Part shown: positions 36,388 through 48,378 of the stretch, in pieces | How the letters are laid out: every line of letters begins with the position of its first letter | Position numbering within the stretch: position 1 is the stretch's first letter | From: Pelomyxa schiedti | Taxonomy: Eukaryota; Protista; Evosea | NCBI GenBank assembly: GCA_020536535.1 | Contig: JAHLWZ010000016.1 | Coordinates: 1 to 64,000, forward strand | Length of the DNA: 64,000 nt | Reading direction: 5' to 3' | Made by a program: the position numbers and the translations under genes | Notes under the pieces: model-generated | Database searches by the model: none | The model's input: the letters and a program-made list of their open reading frames with translations, nothing else | What the model was told of the DNA's origin: nothing

Positions 36388-38786
36388 TTAGGCTGACGTG
36401 GATCCGGGTGTTGTGGTGTATGGTCCTGGTGTATAGTCACACCAGTTGTAAGGTGGCAGCCCATCACATAGTCTTGCAGGTGTTGAGGGGTCGCTGTCCA
36501 GTATTCCTCCTTTTCATTTGCACATTAAACTCATACGTTGAAGTGTATATGGAGCCAACCAGCATAGTTTCTCAATTGCCTGTGAGTATTGGTATCAGCA
36601 GCGTAGACTTTAATTGTGAGGCCACTGTGTGGTTCTGAAGACCCGGTCAAAGCTCCGATCCATGTTTGGCCATGTAGTCTGCCCTCCATAGTTTCGTCAT
36701 TTAGAGTAACCACTACACTTGAAGCTGAAATTCTCCCCCCTGAGTGGTTGGTTACATTCAGGATTGTTGTTTGTGTGTGGGTGGCTTGATTAAATGTCAA
36801 GTAAGCATACCGGCGAATTCCACACGGAGAGAAAGTTGGTTCTCTGTTTCAGTTCCTTCTTGAAAACACTCCCCTCCAATAACCCGCAGTCGATGGATAA
36901 CAGTGGGCAGAGGTGAATCTGCATAGTTTGTTCTCTTGACTCGTTTTGTTATATCAACCCATTCCTCGTGCAGGGCACATATAGTTCCATTCAGCATACT
37001 AAGGGAGCGGACGTATGGAGGTGGATTGACAATTTCCCAGAAGAATTTTAGTAATCCTAGAACTTGCCGTTAGAAAAATGCATACACAAAGGAGAAATCA
37101 CAAACCAGCACTGTAGTTTATGATCTCAGGAAGAAGAAATCTGGGAATTTGTTTAACAAACTAACTAAATGCAAGAATGCAACAAACTGGGAAAATAAAG
37201 AAGCCAATGAAGTGCCTTCAACATTTGTCAGACCTTTGAAATTGGCTGGAACTGCCTCGATAAGATTTCTGAGGTAGAAATAGCCATTTGGTGCCTGAAC
37301 TGCTTCTGCGGAAGTTTCCCAAAATGCCTAAAGCATTTGATATGAAAAATATACGCGAGCTGTGTACCTGGCTGTTGGATCCTATCGCAACAGGCTGCCA
37401 CTCAATGAAAAAGATTCGGAAAAATATTCATACAAACCCGCTCTTTTTGATTGTAGTCATCTGCTTTTAGCACTCCAACTGAGGTGTCTGAAGGAGATGA
37501 CATGTTGGGATAGTTGAACAAGAACCATCTTTCATTCAACCGAAAGAAACCGGATTCAAATGTGACTCTAACACGCAGAGATGAACTCGAAAAAAAAAAT
37601 TTGGAGGAGGCACACCTGAAGGCAGAACGCAATTCAGTTTCGAGAACAGGTTCTTTGTTGTCCTCTTTCAACTTGCCTCCCCAAAACGAGCTTAGATTGT
37701 AGGTGAGAAATGCGAGGGACTGAAGGTGCTCTTCCAGGTCTGGTTGTATTTTTAGACAAAGGGAACATGGGATGACCAAAAAAACCTAATACAACACTCT
37801 TCACTTGCAATGACTGTTTACTCAAGAGAGACTTCAAGAAGCCCGTTTCATGGAAAATCTTTTCTTCGATCCACTGCTCAAACCCTTGCCTGACCACATG
37901 TGGCTCCAGGTGAGTGTGCTCGGGTTGACCCAAATCAGCAAGTAGGTGTTGTGTGTGCCCGAGGCGGCGATATGCCGCCTGTTTCTCCTCTGGTGTGTAG
38001 CCATAACTGAACTGAAGGTAAGTGAGGGTACGCGAAAGAAGAAGTCCAACGCCAAGAGAGCGCCAGTCCATGTTAGACCATTCCCCTCTTGACTGGAAGA
38101 TGAAAAAGGGTTCTTGACTCTGTCATCACGGGCCCAATTTATTGCAGAAAGACAGCTTATATCTATGAGTTTTGGTAAAGGTGTGGCAGGACTTTTCACA
38201 GTAAGAAAAACCTCTCCTCCCCAAAATTCTCTCTGCATTCATTCCAGAGCCACTCCAAGGATGGTGGAAATGATTCAAAGGGCGATTTATTCCACAGATG
38301 TAATCATTCAGCTCGGACCAATGAGGGGATGGGCACGTGCTTTCACTTGATGTAGCATTCAAAACAAAGCAATCCTCCTCCTTAGCTCCCAAAGTCACCT
38401 CAGCCTTAAGTTATCAAGTTAGAGATATATACTTTATTATGAGATTTACAACCCCCCACAAGCACCCAATCCAATAAATGTTCCAACAACAAAGAAATAT
38501 GTCTCAGAACTAATAACAGCAACACCAAAACAAAACGAATCTACTAGTAGCAACTGTATCTCACACAGACCGAGTGCTGTGCTATTTCCAACATCCCAGG
38601 AGTGGAAGTGACCAACAAAGAAATGGACTCAATGGCCAGGGCCTCGTGTGTGGCCACGGTGTACCCCCACGTGCCACCAATTCCCACACCAATTGCCCAC
38701 CAATCCACAACCGAAAGCGTCGTAGTAGTCAATAACATCCACACGGCCGCCGTCGGGCCAACACCTCGTGCGCCTCTTATTCCCAT
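36388..38786 (-). CDS. Secreted zinc-dependent phospholipase C / S1-P1 nuclease-fold protein; start approximate
   Basis: Signal-like N-terminus then WGYTVATHE, LGAKEED, LNHFHHP, AYRRLGHTQHLLADLGQPEHTH. C-terminal beta-rich domain ending ILDSDPSTPA...WCDYTPG. Confidence 0.75.
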
Positions 38787-38927
38787 AACCGCGTCACTTT
38801 GGCACCAACGCTACGCAACAGTAGGCAGTAAAAGAACCATTACACATGCATTTCAGACCCGCTGCTTAGCATTTTTTGATGACCAAAGGGAGCCAATTGA
38901 TTTTTAAAAAACCGTAGTGCCGGTTTA

Positions 38928-41697
38928 ATGGACATTGAAGTGGCGTGCAGGCATTGGAATTGTGGGTTGGACCCTTGGCCCGACGTGAAATCAATAAGGA
39001 GTAAATGGCCAACCAAATTTGTTTTCACTGTTGCTGCCACAATTCACTCAAAGTGGTGCTAACAATTTTTCCTTAGGGAGTTGTATGCAGTGTGGCAATA
39101 GGAGAGAAATTTGGTTGTGTGCCACCTGTTGGACTGTGAGTTGCTTGAGGTTAAGCACCCATGTTCTCTGGGAGTTTCAGTCACACTTACTTGTTCTCAA
39201 AAGGACTGATAAAGAGGGGCATGCTAAGGAGCACTTTCGTACAAGTAACCACTCTGTTGCGATTAGGATATCTGATTGCTGTTGTTCTGTTTGGTGTTTC
39301 TCATGCAATGCAACTGTTCAATCTCCGGAGCTGGATTTTTTCCTTCCTAAGTTGCAGAAACTGGAAGCTGGGAGGCAAACACCTCTCCCAGTTGTAGTCG
39401 AGGAAAAATTCCACGAATCCACCATCTGCAACTCAATGTAAGACAGCTTGTGTGGTAACTAAACTAATGTATCTAAGAACATTTCTGTTACAGATCAGAG
39501 CCCATCACGTTTCAAAACTGTCTCCAGTGTAACGTGACTGTGTGCAGTCCCGAGATTATTTCTATTCGATTTGAAAATTGCATTGAAAGCAAATTCAACG
39601 TTGTGAGTCAAGTGGACAATTCCGCACTTATTGTCAAAGCCTGTTCACGGTGTCATATTGAATCACATGCTTTAATATCCCAAATACATCTCGAGGTCGG
39701 CTTCACTATCTTTTATAGGAAAAAACCATCTAATTTCTCTCAGGACTGCTCTTACTTGAGTCTTTCACTTGAAGACCGTATTTGGAGTTCTGAATTCCAC
39801 AGGCACTGTGAAATACATGTTAAACGCTGCCACAAAATTAGAATTCTTCTTCACAGTGAATGGTTCATTCTTCCACTTGATGATCTACCTTCTCACTCGA
39901 CATTCTTACTTGAAGAAGGTCCTCGCTATCTCTACCCCAACTTCTCTTGACATTTTCTTTAAGGCCAGCTCTCCATTGTTGATTGTGCGGCGCACAGGCA
40001 TGCTGAGCCACCAGAGCTATCAGTTGAGAGCATTCCCCACTTTAAATCCTTTATTTAGTTGTCCCAGGTGATTCTCACAAACTACGGGCACAAGTTCATT
40101 TCTGAACTTACCAAGCATAAAGTTTTCACCTCTGGAGGAGTGCAGATCCCCCAAAGCAAATTTCTATCAGGAAGGAGTCAATCACTGTTGACAAAAGTTT
40201 TTCGTAGGGCAAAGACATCATACCTACTCTCTGACCAAGACAGAAGTGAATATGACCAGCTCGTCCAAATGGGAATGATAAGCCTTGTGCACACAAATGC
40301 AATGAGTGTGGATGATATCCGCCTGTTATACAGGCGCAACCCTCTCGAAAACATATCCGGAGTCATCTTTGAATACACCAGTAAATGCGGGTTTCGTTGT
40401 CACCACTGCTACAACAGCAGAGTGGAACCTGTGACAGAACAAAACGTTGATGCCTTGAAGCGAGTTGTGGAGGCACTTATCCCATTGGGGGTCAATACTT
40501 TTTCCTTCATTGGGGGTGAAGTATCCCAGTTTGGAGATGGATGGCTTGATCTGGTGCGTTACATAAAGTCCTTTGAGGACACAAAAGATACTTCCGATAA
40601 GGCTCTCTCCGTGTCTATAACTACAAGTGGTTGGTTTCTTGGAAAGACGAACTTCATTGCCGCCGGGCAAAGATACAACAATGTAACCGACTTCCTGGGT
40701 CATTTACATGACTGCGGTGTGGACTACATACGATTCAGCTTGGATGGACCTGATGCAGCAGCTCATGACACCAATAGGTATACAGTGTTCAAGATATAAA
40801 CACCTTCTGAGAATAAAAATCAGGCAGCACCCAGGTCTGTTCAATCAAATTATCAACAGCTTCGCAGTCGTGAAGGAGGCAGGCCTGAATCCTCGGGTGT
40901 CTGTTCTTGTTCCTCCTGAAGGTCAAACTCCCAAATTCTTGGAGTTCCTGGAACGCCTCTCTGACTTGATTTACACTTTCCCACCCGAAACGCCTGGCTT
41001 CATCAAGGTGGCTAGACTTTCCGCGGATACCTTCAACACCTTGAGCAATTTCATTGACATTGGCTCAGCCGCCAACAGAGCCCAAGCCTCTCCTCCAACT
41101 GACAAAACAACAGCAACACCAACCACACCAACCACACCAAAATCCACCTGCACCTCTGAGACTGAGACCAATCCATCAGATACAAATGCTGATGGCACAA
41201 CAGAAGCATCATCATCAAACAAATCGGAACCCCTCACAATATCAGAGCTGATGGAAAATGACCTGTACTGCAAAGGATACTTCCGGCCCAGCCCCTACAT
41301 CACCATCAAAGCCAACGGAATGCTCTCACTTTGCCGGATCACGACTGCCGGCGAAGGCTACGGCAACATCCACGACAACCGCAGCGGAACCGGCAGCACC
41401 GCCCCGGCAATTGTGGGACTGCTCAATGGGCTTCACCACAGCTTCACGTTCCGGCTTCACGCGGAACACCAGGTCAACTCGTACCTCCCCTACATGGAAC
41501 CTTCCCTGTTTGGCACGGAATTCACGCACCCGTGCGCGGCCCGTGCGATTCTGACCATGATCGCCAGAATGATGCACGAGCACGGCGTGAGTGCCGCAGA
41601 CGCCGAGGAGATTGCACACATCAACCGGCGAGTGGCGTGGCTCACGGGGCACGCGCCAAGCCCAATTCCACCCTCAGAATCTGCTATTTCTTGGTAG
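38928..41697 (+). CDS. zf-UBP zinc finger + radical SAM (PqqE/SPASM-twitch-like) protein
   Basis: CMQCGNRREIWLCATCWTVSCLR.DKEGHAKEHF...HSVAI...VWCFSC; YTSKCGFRCHHCY (40386-40409), FIGGE, ITTSG, FSLDG...HDTNR, C...ITIKANGMLSLC...YGNI. Exons can be joined in frame by GT-AG introns. Confidence 0.75.
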
Positions 41698-41802
41698 CTT
41701 AGACCACTCCAACAACCCTTGCCAGGAGAGAACCACTTTTTCTGCTCAGGTACCATTAAAAACAACATCGCAGTACTAGAGGCAAAAGAAAAAACCAGTT
41801 CG

Positions 41803-43044
41803 ATGAAGGGAGTTGTGGAGGAAATTCTTGTGTGCCGGTCGTGCTGCGACGCCCATCTAACTACGTTGGAGCGCCTCCACGCCCTTGCCAAGGTCGCCAC
41901 CACCAGTAAGAGTAACAAAAACAGAACCCCGGCTCCCACAATTACTTCCACCACCTCCACTTCTTGTTGTACGCCAACACGCCAACAACAAGGGGGAACT
42001 GGAGCCGTGAGAGCTGCCTTTGCCCTCGACGCGGCGGGGCCAGGCCACGAAGGCCAAGAAGCCAACGCGGCGAGGCATCTTCAGCAGCAGCATGATGAAG
42101 GACAAGATCACCAAAACGAGCGGACGACGTCAGGCACCGTGGGCGGTCCTATTTTTACCCCCACTGGTGGCACCAAACCTCACCTTGCCTCCAATTCTGC
42201 TTCCGCTTCTGCTTCTGCTTCTGCTTCCGCTTCTGCTTCTGGCACAGCCTCGCCCTGTGCATTGTCTCGCAATCGCAATTGTGGGTCAGGGACGCCAAGG
42301 CCAGGGTCACAGCCTGTGGCGTCCAAAGTGACTGCGTCCAGGCTGGCCAAAATAGCGCCTTCAACCGCTGCAGCAGCAGTCAATAACAATAGAAATAGAA
42401 GTAGCAATAGCCCACGGCCCAGACCGGGTTCAACGCCGGCCGCCATTTCGTATCATCACTCCCCTGCTTTGCAAAGAATTGGGGGACTGGCCAGTGGCAG
42501 GTTGATTTCTGCACGTAACCCAACCCCACTGAGGACATCGTCTTCGCGGAAACCAACCTCTACAACTAACACACCGAGGAGTGGAACCAGCACCGCCGCA
42601 GCGGATTATGGGAAGACTTGCGCCCAGACACAAGGTGTGACTCCAAAGGGGGCGCAACATAAGCCTATGTATGTGGGACAGAACCCCGTGGTGGCTGTGA
42701 CACAAGTGACCCCTCCACAACCGCAAAGCGAAGTTGAGGTACGGGGAACATTTCAGCCTGTTGTGACTCAAGAAACTTTGGCTGCGCCAAGCAACCCCTC
42801 TGTAGTATCTTCAGCCTCAAACGTGATACTCATGGCAGAATGCCAGAAATCTGCTGAAGGTCCTGTGCATTCCAAGTCTTGTCCTATACTCAACAAAGAA
42901 GGTGTGCCCTTTCCTCTTGCTCATACTACAACAACCCCCCCCCNNNNNNNNNNNNNNNNNNNNNNNNNNNNNNNNNNNNNNNNNNNNNNNNNNNNNNNNN
43001 NNNNNNNNNNNNNNNNNNNNNNNNNNNNNNNNNNNNNNNNNNNC

Positions 43045-43075
<31 letters not shown>

Positions 43076-44300
43076 AAAAAAACCCACAAATTGATGTCAT
43101 GCAGACAATCGCTCTTCAATCTCGTTGGTAACACTCCTGTACTAAGGGCGAATTGAATAATGGTCCACAGGCACCAATGCAAAAAGTATCAGTCTTATCC
43201 TCTCCCCAAGACAACCTCAATGCTGAAGCCAATCCGCAAGCACACTATAGTTCCGCCTTTTTGAAATATCTGTGCTATAAAGGGACTCAAAAGTCTACTG
43301 TAGGTTGAGTCTGTATCAACTCCGCATTCAGCGTTAACAGTTTGAACATAGAACACTCGCCTAGCAGTATGCTACCGAAATATAAAAAGAATCTAGAAGT
43401 GCGGTTAGCCACAGCAAAGAGACTTGTAGAAACTCTCAATGGTTCAAAAGTAATTGCACTGAGAGAAATTGACCAACCATCCAGGAGAACATTTTACCAC
43501 CAATTCGGAGAACCTCTTGCTGTTGTATGAAATCAAACAACAACTGGCCTGTGCCATCAAATTATACCAGGCAGTAAGAGTAAAAGTACCACAAGACCCA
43601 AAACCCATTGTGCAGCATGAAAGTGAGGCTATCAATTACACACAAGGCATCCTTTCATTCCTTGCCAAAAGTGGGAAAAAAGTCAATTCAACTGTAGTAC
43701 CGGGTGCAGTCAACACAAATGAATCCAATGCATACAATTCATGGGGATGGTGGATTCCAAGGCACATTGGCGATTCCCCTGGTAACGCATCCTTTTCTTA
43801 TATTTTTTTTTTCGTTTAATTGGATTTTAGATACACTATTTCTTCCAACAAGACTGTGTGGTCTAAATAGCATCCGGATCTCGTATAGTAATCCCAAGGC
43901 ACTCTTTCCCTTTTATCAAGTGAAAACCCTTACATCCTCAAGGAAATTACTCTTCTCTACAAAATGTTGCATGAATACCAATGTACTTCACTTTCTCTAC
44001 ACTTGGAAAAGCAAATAGAACTCCTATTTACAAAAGAAGGCCTTTTTGACTCTTCCGCATTTGATTGGTATTTCCTCTCCCTGAACTACGACTCCCAACA
44101 ACATGTTTCCTCATATTATCAAAAGGGGTGCAGCAGAAATTGTCAAACACTGCAAAGTGGCACACAACCTGCTGTGTAATAATACTGTTGATGGTTGTTG
44201 TTGCTCCAAGGGCACCAATTTTGCATAATTCCCTTTGGAATCAAAAGATTTCGTTCTATTGGATAGAATCGGGCCACCTGAGGTGTCAAACGTAGTTTGA
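41803..44300 (+). CDS. Hypothetical protein with S/T/P/R-rich N-terminus, interrupted by an assembly gap
   Basis: Long ORF 41719-43131 and short downstream exons with GT-AG-like breaks. No recognisable domain. Confidence 0.5.
42944..43043. other. Scaffold gap (100 N) flanked by poly-C
   Basis: Run of N. Confidence 1.
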
Positions 44301-44402
44301 CACCATAAAACCAAAAAAGAAGTTGTTCACCCGGCAATCATAAAAATTGGTTTGATCGCTGTTTATTTCTTTTTCACAACTTAATAATTTAACAAACAAG
44401 AA

Positions 44403-46056
44403 ATGGGTAACACTGAGATGCGGCCCGTATACGACCCTACGTTGGAAGATGAGCAACGCGATTCGTCAGGGAGTGGTGGCGGTACAGCGGCGTCGGAGCC
44501 TATTCATTGCCCCAAAGAAATAACCAAGACCTACGAGACAGCCGACGGCACGATAACGATTTCCTCTACGCCTCCATTTACACAAGTTCCGGCGCCTGTG
44601 TTGCCGATGTATGTGCCACCAGCTCGTTCTACGAAGCCCGGCTGTACTTTAACCGAGGGGTCCAAGCCTGTTACGCCCCCACTTTCTTCTGGAAATCAAA
44701 CTGATTCCACAAACACTGACACGGGCACGAGCCCCTCGCGCACCCCGCCGATTCCTTCCCGTACACCCTCACCTACAGAAACACCAATAAGCACAACGCC
44801 AACGCCAACAACTTCTCCAGTTACTCCAACAACCACACCACCAACACCAACCACTCCACCCCAGACACCTCCAACTCAAACAACTCCAACAACACCAGCC
44901 TCTTCTCTCACACTGCCTACAACTCCTCTCTCTCCAATTCCAAATCCACGTCCGCTTCAACGTCCTCGCGGTGTTGTTTGCCCCCCGTTTAGTCGGGAAG
45001 CCATCCTCCGAAGCGGTGCACGACCACCAGAGTCATCCCTAGCTAGACGTGAAGCATCATTTTTTTCCCGCTTGGACAAGTGGGATGGCAATGCTAGCAA
45101 TGCCCGCTTTTTATTCAAGGATTTGCCAGATACACTACGAGCATACGCATGGCGAACAGTCACTGGAAGTGCTACCCTTGAGCGGAAAAACACTGGTGTA
45201 TTTGATTGCCTCGTTCAACTAGGATGTAAGCCAGAGGTCGAGTCTCAAATTCAGAAGGATATTTCTAGGACACTCCCAGGCAATGAATACTTCAAGGAGG
45301 GGATGGATGGTCACATAGGCCTCTGTAATGTTTTAAGGTATACCCTTATTAGCCATTTTCAGTCTTTTATACCGATACACTTGTCTTAAACCCTAAAAAC
45401 ACTGCACATTCCCCTCAACGCCCCAACCAGAAATACAGAGCATATGCAACGTTAGATCCTGTAGTTGGGTACTGCCAGGGCATGAGCTATCTGGCAGCAC
45501 ATTTACTCCTTTTTCTGGAAGAAGAGCGAGCGTTTTGGCTACTAGTACAGATGATGAAAGTGCATTGTCTCAGAGGGTTTTTTGATGATAATGTGCCTTT
45601 GCTTCGGCTGTGTTTATACTGTCTCGATAGATTGATTCAGATTATTCTGCCCAAACTCTTTGGTCACTTGAAGTGTATATCGGTATGTGTCTGTGTATCT
45701 CTGATAATCCCTATTTAACACCTACATAGTTAACTCCACTCCTGTTTGCTTCCAACTGGTTTCCTACACTTTTTACATACAACTTCCCCATCGACGTTAC
45801 AAAGAGAGTGTGGGACATGTTTTTCGTGGAAGGTCTCATGTGGCTTTTCAAAGTTGCACTGGCCATTCTGCAGATTCACCAGGATCAGTTGCTGAAAGTA
45901 GGATTTGACCAAGCTGTGGAATTGCTCAAGACCTGTGGCTCCAGAGTTGAAGTGAACACTCTCCTCAAAGCAGCCAGTACCGTTCCTCTCACACCAGAAA
46001 TGATTGCCTCCATCAGAGAGGAAATTACACCTGAGACTGAGCTATCTTACCTGTGA
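44403..46056 (+). CDS. TBC-domain Rab GTPase-activating protein
   Basis: LPDTLRAYAW, QIQKDISRT (IxxDxxR), VGYCQGMSYLAAHLL (YxQ), EEERAFWLL, FASNWFPTLF, RVWDMFFVEG. Confidence 0.93.
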
Positions 46057-46198
46057 GAATAGTTGCAGGTGGACCAACCTCCCTTGCATTTTTGCCTTAA
46101 AAACATCACAATTTTTGTGAATTCATTGGAACACAACCCTCACACAGTGATACAAGCAGTTCCACAAACTCTGAAAGTCCAAAAAATTGCTGGCAAGT

Positions 46199-46843
46199 CA
46201 ATTATATCAAGATCAGGTATCTCTCCGATTTAGCTACCAGATCTTGAATTAATACATATACGGTTCCAGCTAGTACCCGGGTGCTGGGTTTTGCTGACGC
46301 AGTTGTTGTTTTCCACACCCCACACAAAAGGTACCACCAGTTCGTGGTACCCCCCCACCATTGGCTGGGTGCTGGGCTGGGGCACCACAAACTGCAAATT
46401 GATGTGCCCTTGTTATGGCCTACAACCATTGACATGTTTTTAACCCAACTGCTCACAAAAATGACATGAACCACCACCACGCAGCACCATGTATGTATGT
46501 GTAAAAAAGAAATAAAATAGCATAAAAAAGTAACCCCATTGCTGCTAGTCCTTTCGGGATGTGCCTGCGCTGGGAATTGAACTCGCGTCCAATTATATCA
46601 AGATCAGGTATCTCTCCGATTTAGCTACCAGATCTTGAATTAATACATATACGGTTCCAGCTAGTACCCGGGTGCTGGGTTTTGCTGACGCAGTTGTTGT
46701 TTTCCACACCNNNNNNNNNNNNNNNNNNNNNNNNNNNNNNNNNNNNNNNNNNNNNNNNNNNNNNNNNNNNNNNNNNNNNNNNNNNNNNNNNNNNNNNNNN
46801 NNNNNNNNNNCCACACAAAAGGTACCTGGTACCTTTTGTGTGG
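46199..46843. repeat. Duplicated ~135-bp hairpin-containing element (46199-46335 and 46590-46826 across the gap) ending in palindromes
   Basis: 46199-46319 is identical to 46590-46710. Sequence after the gap resumes with ccacacaaaaggtacc as in copy 1. Perfect 16-bp-arm palindrome at 46811-46843. Confidence 0.85.
46711..46810. other. Scaffold gap (100 N)
   Basis: Run of N. Confidence 1.
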
Positions 46844-48378
46844 TTACCTCTTTTATCGTTTTTTTTTTTTTTTGGTTTTGCCCTGGCTGGGTGTTGTTTT
46901 TGTTGTGGTATTTATGGGGTGCTGCTTATGTTCCAATAAAGGGGCATGGGTGGTGAAACTTGTGAGAACACCTTTTTTTTGATACTTTAGAAATGCCAAT
47001 TCACACTCACAATATGTTAAGTTTATTATTGTAAATTCATTCCTCCATTCCTTCTATATCATTCCACAGTGGCTTAGCCACCACAAAGAGAACCCAGTAT
47101 GCAAAGCTGTGGGCTTAGTTGTGCCCTTTGAAAGGGTTTTCCCTTCCACCAAAGTTTCCCAAGTGGTATGACCTACTCACTTTAGTAAAATAATTAAATA
47201 ACAAAAAGAATAAGCTATCCAAAATGTTGTATAACAATAGAATATGGAGTTTTGTGTAGTTGGTTGTCTTAAAGACAGCATTATTTATTCTTGTTGAAAA
47301 TAAAAAAAAATAGCTTAAAACATAAGGTATCTTTACATTACTGACTGTCAAACTAAGATCATGAATACAAATGGCTCTCAGAACTGCAATGAATGCGTTT
47401 TCATGCCTTGTTTATTGGTAAAAAAAAAGAATTACAAACTGAAACTTACTTGGTTTTCTTGTATTAGTCAAGTATGGCCAGTGTTGTGGTACTGCTTGGT
47501 CTAAGCTTTGAATTGTCGCCATTGTCATTACCAACAAATGTCACCTGCACCACTGATGTCGCCACCAAAATCCCCAATATCATTACCAGTGTCACCGATA
47601 TTGCGTTCTTGCCATAGGTTGCATGCCCGTTTCACCCGTGTCCGTTCCCCTCGACACGATTTCCCCCCACTCATACCACCACTGTTGCCATGGTTGTCAC
47701 AGCAATCACAGTAACTACCATCGCTGTCGTGGATGTATTGCACTCACAGCGGCTGTTTTCGACCTCAAAAACTGAATCAGAGCCGTTAGGTAAAAAGGAA
47801 AGCGGGAGGTGCCTTGTCCAAGGGGGCTTCGACTTCCATCAGACTTGGAGATCAGTCTATAAAGAAGGCCGAGCTGCTGAGGTGTGGATCTGGATCGTCA
47901 AGGCAGGCATTGTCCTCAAGCATTATTGGATGTGTCCTGCGTGTACAGAGTGACCCTGGTGCTCCAGTGTGCAGTGCCGTGGAGGCCGCTCACCACACAG
48001 TTGTGGGAAGGTGCATTGTAGGTTTGCTCATGTGTGACGCGGACTCATAGAATGTTACACACCCAGCCCCATCGGCTGGACAGTGGCCATTAATCCTCAA
48101 ACACGGGAGGCACCTCGATATTGTGGGACATCGCCACTACGGGGCCGATCGGTGCCCTTGAATTTCTCACCAACCCCCGTCATCCAGCGAGGTAGTCCCA
48201 TCATTGCACGTTTCCCGTCCCTCGCCTTGCCATAAATCTACGTTGTTGCAATCGCGGTTGCACCAACATCATGATGGGGTTTTCAAAATGTAGGATGGCA
48301 AAAACTCCACAATTTTTCTGAATTCATTCGGTTACTTAATGTTAAAAGGACACTCTTGTTTCTGTTTCTTTTTTTTGT

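Noticed and set aside
40059-41697. Viperin (RSAD2) call for the radical SAM domain
   Set aside because: Lacks the viperin N.H..R.CNY.C.FCFH pattern; motifs fit PqqE/NirJ/SPASM-like enzymes.
46562-46590. tRNA-like 3' end on the minus strand (GAGTTCAATTCCCAGCGCAGGCA)
   Set aside because: Only a B-box-like loop; the T-stem does not pair and no matching 5' acceptor strand is present.
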